Positions 46,101 to 53,111 are shown, numbered from the stretch's first letter. The stretch: DNA of 64,000 bases from an uncultured Acidimicrobiales bacterium (GCA_951813555.1 OX638344.1:1887076-1951075), one strand, 5' to 3'. Notes: a model not told the origin generated them from the letters alone. A program made the numbers and translations.

Positions 46101-47092
46101 CCCTCGGCCAGGGCGGGCAAGGCTTCTTGGCGGATGGTGTGGTCGAGCCGCTTGCGCAGCTCGATGCCGAAGGCTTGGGCTTCGGCTTGGAGTTCGGCCA
46201 GTCCGCCCTGAGCCAGATAGCGGGGGGAGAGCAGGGCCAGGTAGGGCCGGTTCTCTTGGCCGAGAAGGTCGGCGTCGAGGTCGAGCCACTCACCGGTGGT
46301 AGCGGACGGGTCGCAGTCGAACAGCCGGTATTGGTTGCGACACGCCATGATGCCGTAGCGGACGCCGTGCTGGTGGCAATCCGAGGCCAAAAGGCCCTCA
46401 GCGGGACGGCCCATTTCGTCGACACGGACGAAATGCTCAGGCTCGGCCCATGGGTGGACCATGGCCACCGGCCGGCCGTCAAATCGGGCCAGGTAGCCCC
46501 GTTGGGGGAGCATCTCAATTTCGTAACCCATCCCATGGAGCAGCGTCTTCCAGTCGCCGATGACTGACAGCCTCAGGGTGATCTCGCTCGCGTCTACCCA
46601 TCGGTCGGGATGATCGCGGAACCGAGCCTCCAGCGTGTGATGAGTGAGCAGACCGTGGACCACCTTGCCCCGACCGGCCAGCCGGACGACCTCACCGGCC
46701 AAGTGGCGGACTGCGTCGAGGCTGTGCATTGAGGCGGTGCCCTCGATGGCCGCGGACAGCTTTGCGCAGTCCACTGAGCGGATGGGCTCGTTGAAAGTAC
46801 GGGGGCCGAGGGTGCGGACGCTGTCGGGCCGCTCGGGATCGTCGATCACCAGCAAATAGCGGAAGTCCATCTTGTCGGCGTGCTCTCGCCAGCGGGCCCG
46901 CAGGCTGCGCTCTTCCGGCTTCTCGGCGATGGCCACCTCAATCTTGTTGACCCGCACCGACCGTCTGATGCCGGACCGGTTGGGCATCTCGCGAGCGATC
47001 CCCAGCCCCATCAGCCGGTTAAGCAGGTCGTCGGCATTCACCGACCTCAACTGTACGCGGCACCGATCAACGACAGCGGTGTTTGCCGCCAT
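43124..47092 (-). CDS. Large gamma-class N6-adenine DNA methyltransferase (Eco57I/MmeI/PglX-like architecture)
   Basis: 1322 aa. Motifs GVYYTP, VLDPACGSAHFL (motif I) and VVGNPPW (motif IV), plus the LLFRLLFVLYAES helix. Extra ~330-aa N-terminal region. Confidence 0.85.
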   Translation of the reverse strand: MAANTAVVDRCRVQLRSVNADDLLNRLMGLGIAREMPNRSGIRRSVRVNKIEVAIAEKPEERSLRARWREHADKMDFRYLLVIDDPERPDSVRTLGPRTFNEPIRSVDCAKLSAAIEGTASMHSLDAVRHLAGEVVRLAGRGKVVHGLLTHHTLEARFRDHPDRWVDASEITLRLSVIGDWKTLLHGMGYEIEMLPQRGYLARFDGRPVAMVHPWAEPEHFVRVDEMGRPAEGLLASDCHQHGVRYGIMACRNQYRLFDCDPSATTGEWLDLDADLLGQENRPYLALLSPRYLAQGGLAELQAEAQAFGIELRKRLDHTIRQEALPALAEGLDHWTRQSGLDASDDRQRLELERAALTLLFRLLFVLYAESSHFLPVDNETYRRHSLTELVGEAHKTKSRLTPQSTALWKSFTILVGALRDGNPAWGVPAYNGALFAATDFEGAELLEHLELADPHFARVLLAVGRDTATGHGIDYSSLEVGHLGHIYEALLSLRLSVADRALRYDVKIDRYLPDQGQAENQATNGNQSGVAAGSLLWLTNEGGRKAGGVYYTPVSLVEHLVRHTVRPAFQKHLERVRQQINTDPEQAARDLFDFAVLDPACGSAHFLVQVTEELADQTVAFLAAHPLPGVREALNRLRDSTLMGSAVTDVALLRRLVLKHCVFGVDRSPMGAEIATLSLWLASFVPGLSLAYLDRNVVVGNSLIGVVNAKTVIREGTLQADTLQTALADAAEASARLADIDDLTPAEVKASKAADKEARQATEGLQRLFDLWTAEGFGLIGARGHAELHGRDVIAGTNGHNGQAIVQHAVKLGSTHAFLHWPLQFPRAFSRDRPGFDVVVGNPPWEEVTVEKLSLCGLHLPGLHGLPESERDAAMADLLAERPELAELLDADQGRAKAQREALASGEFESTAGDPDLYKYFCQRYRTLVRADGAIGVVLPGGAFVNKGSEGFRDWLYTQMSARRIDFLVNRRLWIFDTHPQYGIVLAVAAKCTPDTSHRVEIAGIADSVEAWRHQASSPGILVSPSAFASGWMTPRLRSQEEAELLAKLRTGSPFPKGAGGKWQCFPVRELDETNDKHLWRNATTGLPLWKGESFDQYDPHGAEARLCPTNDMVWKKVRKTRPGLKSVLAESTPVKDRRQAVSAELDRARLAFRGISRSDDSRTVRACLAPSEVFFANSAPYLAFISGSELAQAACLGIMNSLPFDWQARRFVEANFNFFLLEAMAVPDLSNSDFVEIANAAARLSAIDKRYVEFAAAAGVDCGPLLPDKRQRLRIDIDARVARAWQLTEADMETMFEDFTTDAVPPVYREALVRRLHELS

Positions 47093-47136
47093 GGCTCCCC
47101 ACTTTGGAAGATAGATGTGTGGGGGAAGTTAGATGT

Positions 47137-47165
47137 ACTGTAATTACTGGAAAATCATCAGTCAA
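47137..47165 (-). promoter_or_regulatory. Sigma-70-like promoter candidate for the methyltransferase-helicase operon
   Basis: On the minus strand: TTGACT (47165-47160), a 17-nt spacer, then TACAGT (47142-47137). It lies ~45 nt upstream of the ATG. The imperfect palindrome CCAGTAATTACAGT overlaps the -10. Confidence 0.45.
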
Positions 47166-47199
47166 GAGACCTGAGTTAGGTCACATGATGGCTCAAGCA

Positions 47200-47775
47200 T
47201 CAGCGTTGAGCGTTGCGCCGACTTCGTTCTCTTGCAACTTGGCGCTCAACGCCTGTGGTGTTCCACCGGTATTGCGCCATTTTCCTAGTCACCCCAAATT
47301 TTCTTGCGATCTGCTCGATTGCTGCGTCTTCTCGAGCATGTTGGAGAAGGAGCTTTCGAGGTAGGAGCAAGGTCCCACCAAGGGCCGTGGCTTCCTCTTC
47401 TTGCCCTGGCTGGCAGGTGCGGAACGGGACTCCGTCCAGATACTGAATTTCTGCAAGTTCATGGTCGAGGATGATGTGTGCCAATTCGTGTGCGATGTCG
47501 CTGGCTTGCCGTCCAGCGCTCATGAGGGGATTAAACACAATGACGTGTCGTTCGTTGATCTCAAATGTGCAGGCCGAGAACGCATAAGTTTGAATGCGCT
47601 CGATCTCTTGAAGCCGCTCCAGCGGTACAAGATCGGCTGCTGAGATGACCTGTACATCTAGTTGCTCAGCCACCGCCGTGAGGTTTAGGGGTTTGGAGTT
47701 GGTAGCTCCGACCCTTGCTCGGAGCTCCTCAGCGATGCGCTCTGCTTGAGTCTTGAATCCGCGCGGAAGTGTCAC
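47200..47775 (-). CDS. ImmA/IrrE-family zinc metallopeptidase
   Basis: 191 aa with the HEXXH motif HELAHIILDH. It abuts the upstream XRE gene (stop and start are adjacent). Confidence 0.8.
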   Translation of the reverse strand: MTLPRGFKTQAERIAEELRARVGATNSKPLNLTAVAEQLDVQVISAADLVPLERLQEIERIQTYAFSACTFEINERHVIVFNPLMSAGRQASDIAHELAHIILDHELAEIQYLDGVPFRTCQPGQEEEATALGGTLLLPRKLLLQHAREDAAIEQIARKFGVTRKMAQYRWNTTGVERQVARERSRRNAQR

Positions 47776-48375
47776 TCACAGGACTCCATCGGCATCGAGT
47801 GCGTTGAGCTCGGAGCGCATTTCCTGGAGAAGGGCGCCGAGGCGGTCAGCAACCCCTGGCCGAAGAACAGAAGCAGCGCGCAAGTGGCATGCGACTGTTG
47901 GAGGATGCGAAGGCTCACGCGCCAGGGCTTCGTACATGTCCCGTACGACCGACGCAATCCTTGAAGCGGCATCTTGCTCAAGCCTGGGGTCGGTCAGAAG
48001 ATGCTGCAAGACGAGGTCTGGGGTCTCCGACTTGCGGGGGGCTGCCGAGATAAAGAACGTCTCAGGCGGAAGGTGAAGCCAAGCGCACAGCCTCAGGAAG
48101 GTTCTGAGGTCCGGCTGGGATCCCGCTTCGACGCGTGACCACGTCATGAAGCTGACCTCCGCGGTTTCAGCAGCTCTCCGCATCGATAGCCCAGCTGATG
48201 TTCGTCGTTCTCGTAGCATCTCTCCTAGAGCTGCTACGTCAAGGTGGGCAACGTCTTGGGCTCCGGAAGCGGTGTCGCTCGGATCTGACCCCGGAGAGGG
48301 CTTTGACGGCGGCACATGTTCACCGTAACAGCAAGCAGCTGGTGATACTTGGATGGGCTGGTGAACTAAACTCAT
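47776..48375 (-). CDS. XRE-family helix-turn-helix transcriptional regulator
   Basis: HTH LGEMLRERRTSAGLSMRRAAETAEVSFMTWSRVEAG. ATG at 48373-48375, with GTG one codon upstream. The N-terminal ~50 aa are low-complexity, so the true start may be internal. Confidence 0.75.
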   Translation of the reverse strand: MSLVHQPIQVSPAACCYGEHVPPSKPSPGSDPSDTASGAQDVAHLDVAALGEMLRERRTSAGLSMRRAAETAEVSFMTWSRVEAGSQPDLRTFLRLCAWLHLPPETFFISAAPRKSETPDLVLQHLLTDPRLEQDAASRIASVVRDMYEALAREPSHPPTVACHLRAASVLRPGVADRLGALLQEMRSELNALDADGVL

Positions 48376-48500
48376 CACCTAACGGGCATTGCCCCTTTGC
48401 TGTGTCATCTCTCTGATATGGTGATGGCACGTCTGGCCTCGTGGCGCGGCGCACGAATGCAGGCATCGCGACCACTCGGACGCGATTTCGAGAGAGGCAA

Positions 48501-48701
48501 ATGTTAGTGATTGTCAAGAGGAAGAGGTTCCTTGGAAACACCAACACGTTGGAGGTGCATGACACCCACAACGAGAAGAACGGGTGCCAGCTTGACAAGA
48601 TCAAGTTGGAGCACCGCAGGTGGTACGACTCCCTCGCGGAGGCGAAGCGCGACAAGCGCTATGACAACTGCCATTGGTGCCTCGGTGGTAGCACTCGATG
48701 A
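48501..48701 (+). CDS. Small Cys-containing protein resembling the Ada-type zinc-binding domain
   Basis: 66 aa from ATG 48501, with GAGAGAGG upstream. The pattern VHDTHNEKNGCQLDKI......YDSLAEAKRDKRYDNCHWC resembles YH..C..i....f.s..eA...Gy..C..C. Confidence 0.5.
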   Translation: MLVIVKRKRFLGNTNTLEVHDTHNEKNGCQLDKIKLEHRRWYDSLAEAKRDKRYDNCHWCLGGSTR

Positions 48702-48743
48702 ACGATTCGACACCTCTTACGAATTGGGAAAGGGGGTGAGACT

Positions 48744-48857
48744 ATGGCAAAGCAAAAAGCGCATCGCTCGGCAGTGACGGGCCGCTACGTGAAGGCTTCG
48801 ACTGCAAAGCGAAACCCGCGTACGACTGTGTCTGAGACCGTCAAGCGTCGTAAGTGA
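48744..48857 (+). CDS. 37-aa highly basic small protein (below the ORF-track cutoff)
   Basis: ATG 48744 is preceded by AAGGGGGTGAG. Translation: MAKQKAHRSAVTGRYVKASTAKRNPRTTVSETVKRRK. A strong hairpin follows immediately. Confidence 0.5.
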   Translation: MAKQKAHRSAVTGRYVKASTAKRNPRTTVSETVKRRK

Positions 48858-48861
48858 GCAT

Positions 48862-48900
48862 TTGTTGGCGCGGCCGGAGATTTTCTGGCCGCGCCAACAA
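48862..48900. terminator. Perfect 14-bp stem hairpin (terminator-like)
   Basis: TTGTTGGCGCGGCC (48862-48875), 11-nt loop, GGCCGCGCCAACAA (48887-48900). There is no clear T-tract. Confidence 0.6.
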
Positions 48901-48910
48901 AGTTCCATCA

Positions 48911-49396
48911 ATGGATTTATTTAGAAGAACTAATGTAGAGCGAAAGAGAGGAATTGTGGTCATCAAAAGGGTGATGCATCCAACTATCCTGACCATCGTT
49001 GCAGTCCACTATTCCATATTGTTTGCCGCGAGTGCTAACGATTTAGAGTTGAATGATAGAATGAGGTACCTATATCTTATCTCTGCGGGTCTATTTTCTG
49101 TTGTATGGGGCGGGGCAATTTCTTGGCTCTACATCCATAGAGATTCAGATTCCAAAGGGGATTTTGACCAGTCTAGAGATAGCATGCAACAACTCGCGCT
49201 ATTCAGTCCAGCACTAATCATCTCGCTAGTTCTTGCGGGATTATCTTCTATCTTTCGTTCGTCTGAAGGATGGGTCGATGCTATTTCGATTGCGTATCTC
49301 GTTTCCTTGCTCGTAATAATCCCAGCGGTTCTTGTTATGATTATTACGCACTTTTATCAAGTGAGGGAGCGAAGTAAATCCAGCCAGCGAAGCTGA
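48911..49396 (+). CDS. Four-TM membrane protein, very AT-rich gene, no family recognised
   Basis: 161 aa from ATG 48911. Four hydrophobic segments: ILTIVAVHYSILFAA, YLYLISAGLFSVVWGGAISWLYI, LALFSPALIISLVLAGLSSIF, AISIAYLVSLLVIIPAVLVMIITHF. A hand count of line 49021-49080 gives 23/60 G+C. Confidence 0.65.
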   Translation: MDLFRRTNVERKRGIVVIKRVMHPTILTIVAVHYSILFAASANDLELNDRMRYLYLISAGLFSVVWGGAISWLYIHRDSDSKGDFDQSRDSMQQLALFSPALIISLVLAGLSSIFRSSEGWVDAISIAYLVSLLVIIPAVLVMIITHFYQVRERSKSSQRS

Positions 49397-49509
49397 TGGA
49401 AGTTGTCTAGTGGAGCACAGCCTCTAGTTTCCAGCGACTGCCAGAGCCACTAATGCCGACTTTCTTGGATATGCCTAGTATAAGTTGCTTGTAGTCGGCA
49501 GAGTCATAG

Positions 49510-51045
49510 TCAAGCTTGCTGTTCAGCTAATTCGGCCTTGCGGCGGGCGATGAAATCTTGCAGTTCGGCGTCGATGGCGCCGTCTATAGGGGGCGGCTGG
49601 TAGTCGGCCAGCAGTTCTTTCCAGCGGGTGTTGGCCCGCTGCGCCGCGGTGAGGGCGCCCTCCTCCGACCATTGCTCGAAGCTGTTGCTGTCGGCCACCT
49701 CTGAGCGCCAGAAGGCGGTCTCGAAGTTGGCCAAGGTGTGGGCATTGCCCAAGAAGTGGTCGCCGTGGGTATTAGTGCGGAACGCCTCCATGGCCTGGCC
49801 GTTGTCGGTCAAGTCGACGCCGCGGGCGTGAACCTCCATGGCGCCGAGCTGGTCGGCGTCCATGATGAGCTTCTCGTAGCCCAGGGTCAGGCCCCCCTCC
49901 AGCCACCCGGCGGCGTGGAGCACGAAGTTGACCCCGGCCTGCACGGTGGGCAAAAGCGTGTGGGCCGACTCGTAGGCCGCCTGGGCGTCGGGGGCCTTGG
50001 ACGCGGTGAGCTGACCGCCGGAGCGGAACGGCACCCCGCACCGCCGGGCCAGCGCCGCCATGACGTAGATGGCCTGGCCAGCCTCGGGGGTGCCGAACGT
50101 GGGGGCGCCGGTGGCCATCGACATCGACGAGGCGAAGGTGCCGAACACCACCGGCGAGCCGGGCCGCACCAGTTGCAGGTAGGCCATGCCCGACAGCGCC
50201 TCGGCCAGGGCTTGGGCGGCCAAGCCGGCCACCGTCACCGGCGACATGGCGCCGGCCAGGATGAAGGGGCTGATCACGCTGGCCTGGTTGGCCCGGGCGT
50301 AGGTGGTGGCTGCGCCCAGCATGGTGGCGTCCCAGCGCATGGGGGAGGAGGCGTTGATCAGCGAGGTCATCACCGTGCGGTCGGCCAGGTCGCCCCCGAA
50401 GGCGATGCGGGCCAGCTCCACCGAGTCGGCGGCCCGCTCGGCGCTGGTCACCGAGCCCATGAAGGGCTTGTCGCTGTAGCGCAGGTGGGCGTACACCATG
50501 TCGAGGTGGCGAAAGTCCACCGGCACGTCCACCGGCTCGCACACCGTGCCCCCGCTGTGGTGCAGGTGGGGGAGCCGGTAGGCCAGCTTCACCACGTTCT
50601 CGAAGTCGGCCAGGGTGGCGTAGCGCCGGCCCTGGTCCAAGTCGGTGACGAACGGCGAGCCGTAGTTGGGGACGAACACGGTGGTGTTTCCGCCGATGCT
50701 CACGCTGCGCTCGGGGTTGCGGGCGTGCTGGATGTAGGCAGCGGGGGCGTTCTCGGCCACGATCTGGCGGCACATCCCCCGGGGGAACCGCACCAGCTCG
50801 CCGTCGACGTCGGCGCCCGCGTTGCGCCACAGGTCCAGAGCGTCGGGATAGTCCTGGAAAGCGATGCCCACCTCGGCCAGGATGGTCTCGGCGTTCTCCT
50901 CGATCTGGGCCAGTCCGGCCTCGTCGATGATCTCCACCGGCGGTAAACGCCGTTCCAGCACGGGGGCGGCCAACACCTGGCTGGCCGCTCGGGCTGCCTG
51001 TCGCCCGGCCCGTCCACCGCCGCGTCTGCCTTGTCGCTCGCTCAT
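49510..51045 (-). CDS. MttB-superfamily quaternary-amine:corrinoid methyltransferase (non-pyrrolysine)
   Basis: 511 aa, MttB-family-like throughout, no in-frame TAG. It is the last gene of a 4-nt-overlap operon. Confidence 0.85.
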   Translation of the reverse strand: MSERQGRRGGGRAGRQAARAASQVLAAPVLERRLPPVEIIDEAGLAQIEENAETILAEVGIAFQDYPDALDLWRNAGADVDGELVRFPRGMCRQIVAENAPAAYIQHARNPERSVSIGGNTTVFVPNYGSPFVTDLDQGRRYATLADFENVVKLAYRLPHLHHSGGTVCEPVDVPVDFRHLDMVYAHLRYSDKPFMGSVTSAERAADSVELARIAFGGDLADRTVMTSLINASSPMRWDATMLGAATTYARANQASVISPFILAGAMSPVTVAGLAAQALAEALSGMAYLQLVRPGSPVVFGTFASSMSMATGAPTFGTPEAGQAIYVMAALARRCGVPFRSGGQLTASKAPDAQAAYESAHTLLPTVQAGVNFVLHAAGWLEGGLTLGYEKLIMDADQLGAMEVHARGVDLTDNGQAMEAFRTNTHGDHFLGNAHTLANFETAFWRSEVADSNSFEQWSEEGALTAAQRANTRWKELLADYQPPPIDGAIDAELQDFIARRKAELAEQQA

Positions 51046-53111
51046 CGTTGCTCCTGGGTTGCACGTTGCCGGCGGGCTGGTCTGCGCCGCTTGGGTCCGG
51101 CAGTCTCGATATCGGCTGCAGATCGCGAGGGCAAATCCACCGCCTCGGCCAAGTGGGGAGTGGGAGCGGTCTCATGGGGCAGCGACATGGCGGCCACGAA
51201 CAGCTCCTGGAAGCGGGCCTCGGTGGCGGTCTCGATCTTGACCACTTCCCGGGCGGCTCGCTCGGTCTCGGCTCGCTGTGACCCCGAAACCAGCATCCGG
51301 GCCGCGCCCGCTCCCGAGGCGTTTCCCACCCCTTTGACTCCTTCTACCGGCCCGTCGGGCACCAAGCCCAGCACCATGGCGTGAACCGGGCTGATGTGGG
51401 CGCCGAACGCTCCGGCCAACCTCACATCGGCCACCTCGGCGATCCCGGCGTGCTCGAATAGCAGGTCGATGCCGGCCCGCAGCGCGGCCTTGGCCAACTG
51501 AACCGCTCGCACGTCGTTTTGGGTCACCAACAGCGGTACCGGCTGGACTTGAAGCACATAGGAAAACGTCCGACCGTCGGCGATGATGCGGGGACTGCGA
51601 TCGGCCAGCTCGCCGCCGATGACCCCTCGGTGGTCGATGATCCCGACCAAGAACATCTCGGCAATCACCTCGATGATTCCCGAACCGCACAGCCCGGACA
51701 CCTCCAAAGAGCCCAACGCGTCGTCAAAGCCGGGGTCGTCGGACCACAGATCGCAGCCGATGACCTTGAAGCGGGGCTCCAGCGTGGCGGGGTCGATCCG
51801 CACCCCTTCGATTGCTCCGGCGGCGGCCCGCTGTCCGCAGCTGATCTGGGCGCCTTCGAATGCGGGTCCGGTGGGGCTCGACGCGGCCCATACCTTCTGG
51901 CCGTCGCCCAAAACGATCTCAGCGTTGGTGCCCACGTCGACGAGGAGTTGCGGGCGGGGCGACCGGTGCGGACCCTCGGCCAGCATGGCAGCCGCCGCGT
52001 CGGCCCCCACGTGTCCAGCGATGCACGGCCCCATATAGAGGGAGGCGCCGGGAAGGTCCACGTCGATGTCGGCTGCGTTGGCCCATACCCCGTCGCGCAC
52101 GGCCAAAGTGAACGGGGCTGCGCCCAGCGGAGTCGGGTCGATGCCCAGCACCAGGTGGTGCATGATCGGATTTCCCACCACTACGAGATCGCAGACGTCA
52201 GATCGGTCGATGCACGCGGCCTCACAGAGTTCGCCGATCACGCTGTCGATGGCCGATCGCACCGCTGCGGTCAGCTCGGCAGTGCCGCCGGGGTTCAACA
52301 TGGCGTAGGACACTCGGCTCATCAGGTCCTCGCCGAAGCGGATCTGCGGGTTCATTCGCCCTGCGGTAGCGGCCACCTCCCCGGTGGCCAGATCCAGCAG
52401 GTAGCCGGCCACGGTGGTTGAGCCCACATCCACCGCCACGCCGAATTCCGCATCGGAATAGCCTGGTCGCACTGTCAGCACCCGTCGCTCAACCACCTCG
52501 CCGTCTTCGCCTCGCTTGGTGTACAGCCGCCGGGTGTGGACTACAGCGGTGACCGCCCCGTTTCCCTCCGCGATCGCCGAGCACAATGCGGGCAGCGCGC
52601 CTGCGGGAACTTTGACGTCGGACAAGTCCCAGTCTTCGGCCAAAGCGCCGACCAGCCGCTCGGCATCGGAGATCTCGTCGCCCAGCTCGGCGGTGGTCAG
52701 CTCCAGGTAGTGGAGGGTCACCACCGGGTCGACGGTGATCTCACCCAGGTCGACGGCCTTTCTCACCACCGGGCTGTGTACTTGGCTCTGGGGCGGGACG
52801 TCGATCACCACGTCACCCAGCAAAACGGCCTGACAGCTCAACCGATGGCCTGGTTCCAACCGGCGCCGACCCCGGTAGTCGAGCTCGGTGGGGCCGGGCA
52901 TCGACAGGGCGTCGTCAGAGCTGGTCAGCCCCCATTTGGCGAACTGTCCGTTGCCGGGGGCCACCTGGCAACGGCCGCACAGCCCCCGGCCACCGCACAC
53001 CGAGTCGATGTCCACCCCGGCGGTTCGGGCCGCGTCGAGCACCGTCGATCCTTCGGGGGCGGCCGCTTCGATGCCGCTGGGGGTGAACACCACTCGGTGT
53101 TCTGGACTCAT
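51042..53111 (-). CDS. Corrinoid activation/regeneration protein (RACo/RamA-like; 2Fe-2S ferredoxin + ASKHA ATPase)
   Basis: N-terminal ferredoxin motif CGGRGLCGRCQV followed by a long ASKHA-like region. Start at ATG 53109-53111 (MSPEHRVVF), forming ATGA with the upstream stop. Confidence 0.8.
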   Translation of the reverse strand: MSPEHRVVFTPSGIEAAAPEGSTVLDAARTAGVDIDSVCGGRGLCGRCQVAPGNGQFAKWGLTSSDDALSMPGPTELDYRGRRRLEPGHRLSCQAVLLGDVVIDVPPQSQVHSPVVRKAVDLGEITVDPVVTLHYLELTTAELGDEISDAERLVGALAEDWDLSDVKVPAGALPALCSAIAEGNGAVTAVVHTRRLYTKRGEDGEVVERRVLTVRPGYSDAEFGVAVDVGSTTVAGYLLDLATGEVAATAGRMNPQIRFGEDLMSRVSYAMLNPGGTAELTAAVRSAIDSVIGELCEAACIDRSDVCDLVVVGNPIMHHLVLGIDPTPLGAAPFTLAVRDGVWANAADIDVDLPGASLYMGPCIAGHVGADAAAAMLAEGPHRSPRPQLLVDVGTNAEIVLGDGQKVWAASSPTGPAFEGAQISCGQRAAAGAIEGVRIDPATLEPRFKVIGCDLWSDDPGFDDALGSLEVSGLCGSGIIEVIAEMFLVGIIDHRGVIGGELADRSPRIIADGRTFSYVLQVQPVPLLVTQNDVRAVQLAKAALRAGIDLLFEHAGIAEVADVRLAGAFGAHISPVHAMVLGLVPDGPVEGVKGVGNASGAGAARMLVSGSQRAETERAAREVVKIETATEARFQELFVAAMSLPHETAPTPHLAEAVDLPSRSAADIETAGPKRRRPARRQRATQEQR

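Noticed and set aside
37504-47092. Classifying the defence cluster as DISARM class 1, BREX, or Type I/III/ISP R-M
   Set aside because: The core markers are absent from the island: DrmA/DrmB(DUF1998), PglZ/BrxC, HsdS/HsdR and Res. The helicase is a separate polypeptide from the MTase, so it is not Type ISP. Only similarity to DrmC/DrmD/DrmMI-type domains remains.
49738-51175. 402-aa (+) and 467-aa (-, other frame) ORFs overlapping the second MttB gene
   Set aside because: Both are Arg/Gly/Pro/His-rich shadow frames. The MttB frame is the only one with recognisable family sequence and operon-consistent start/stop overlaps.
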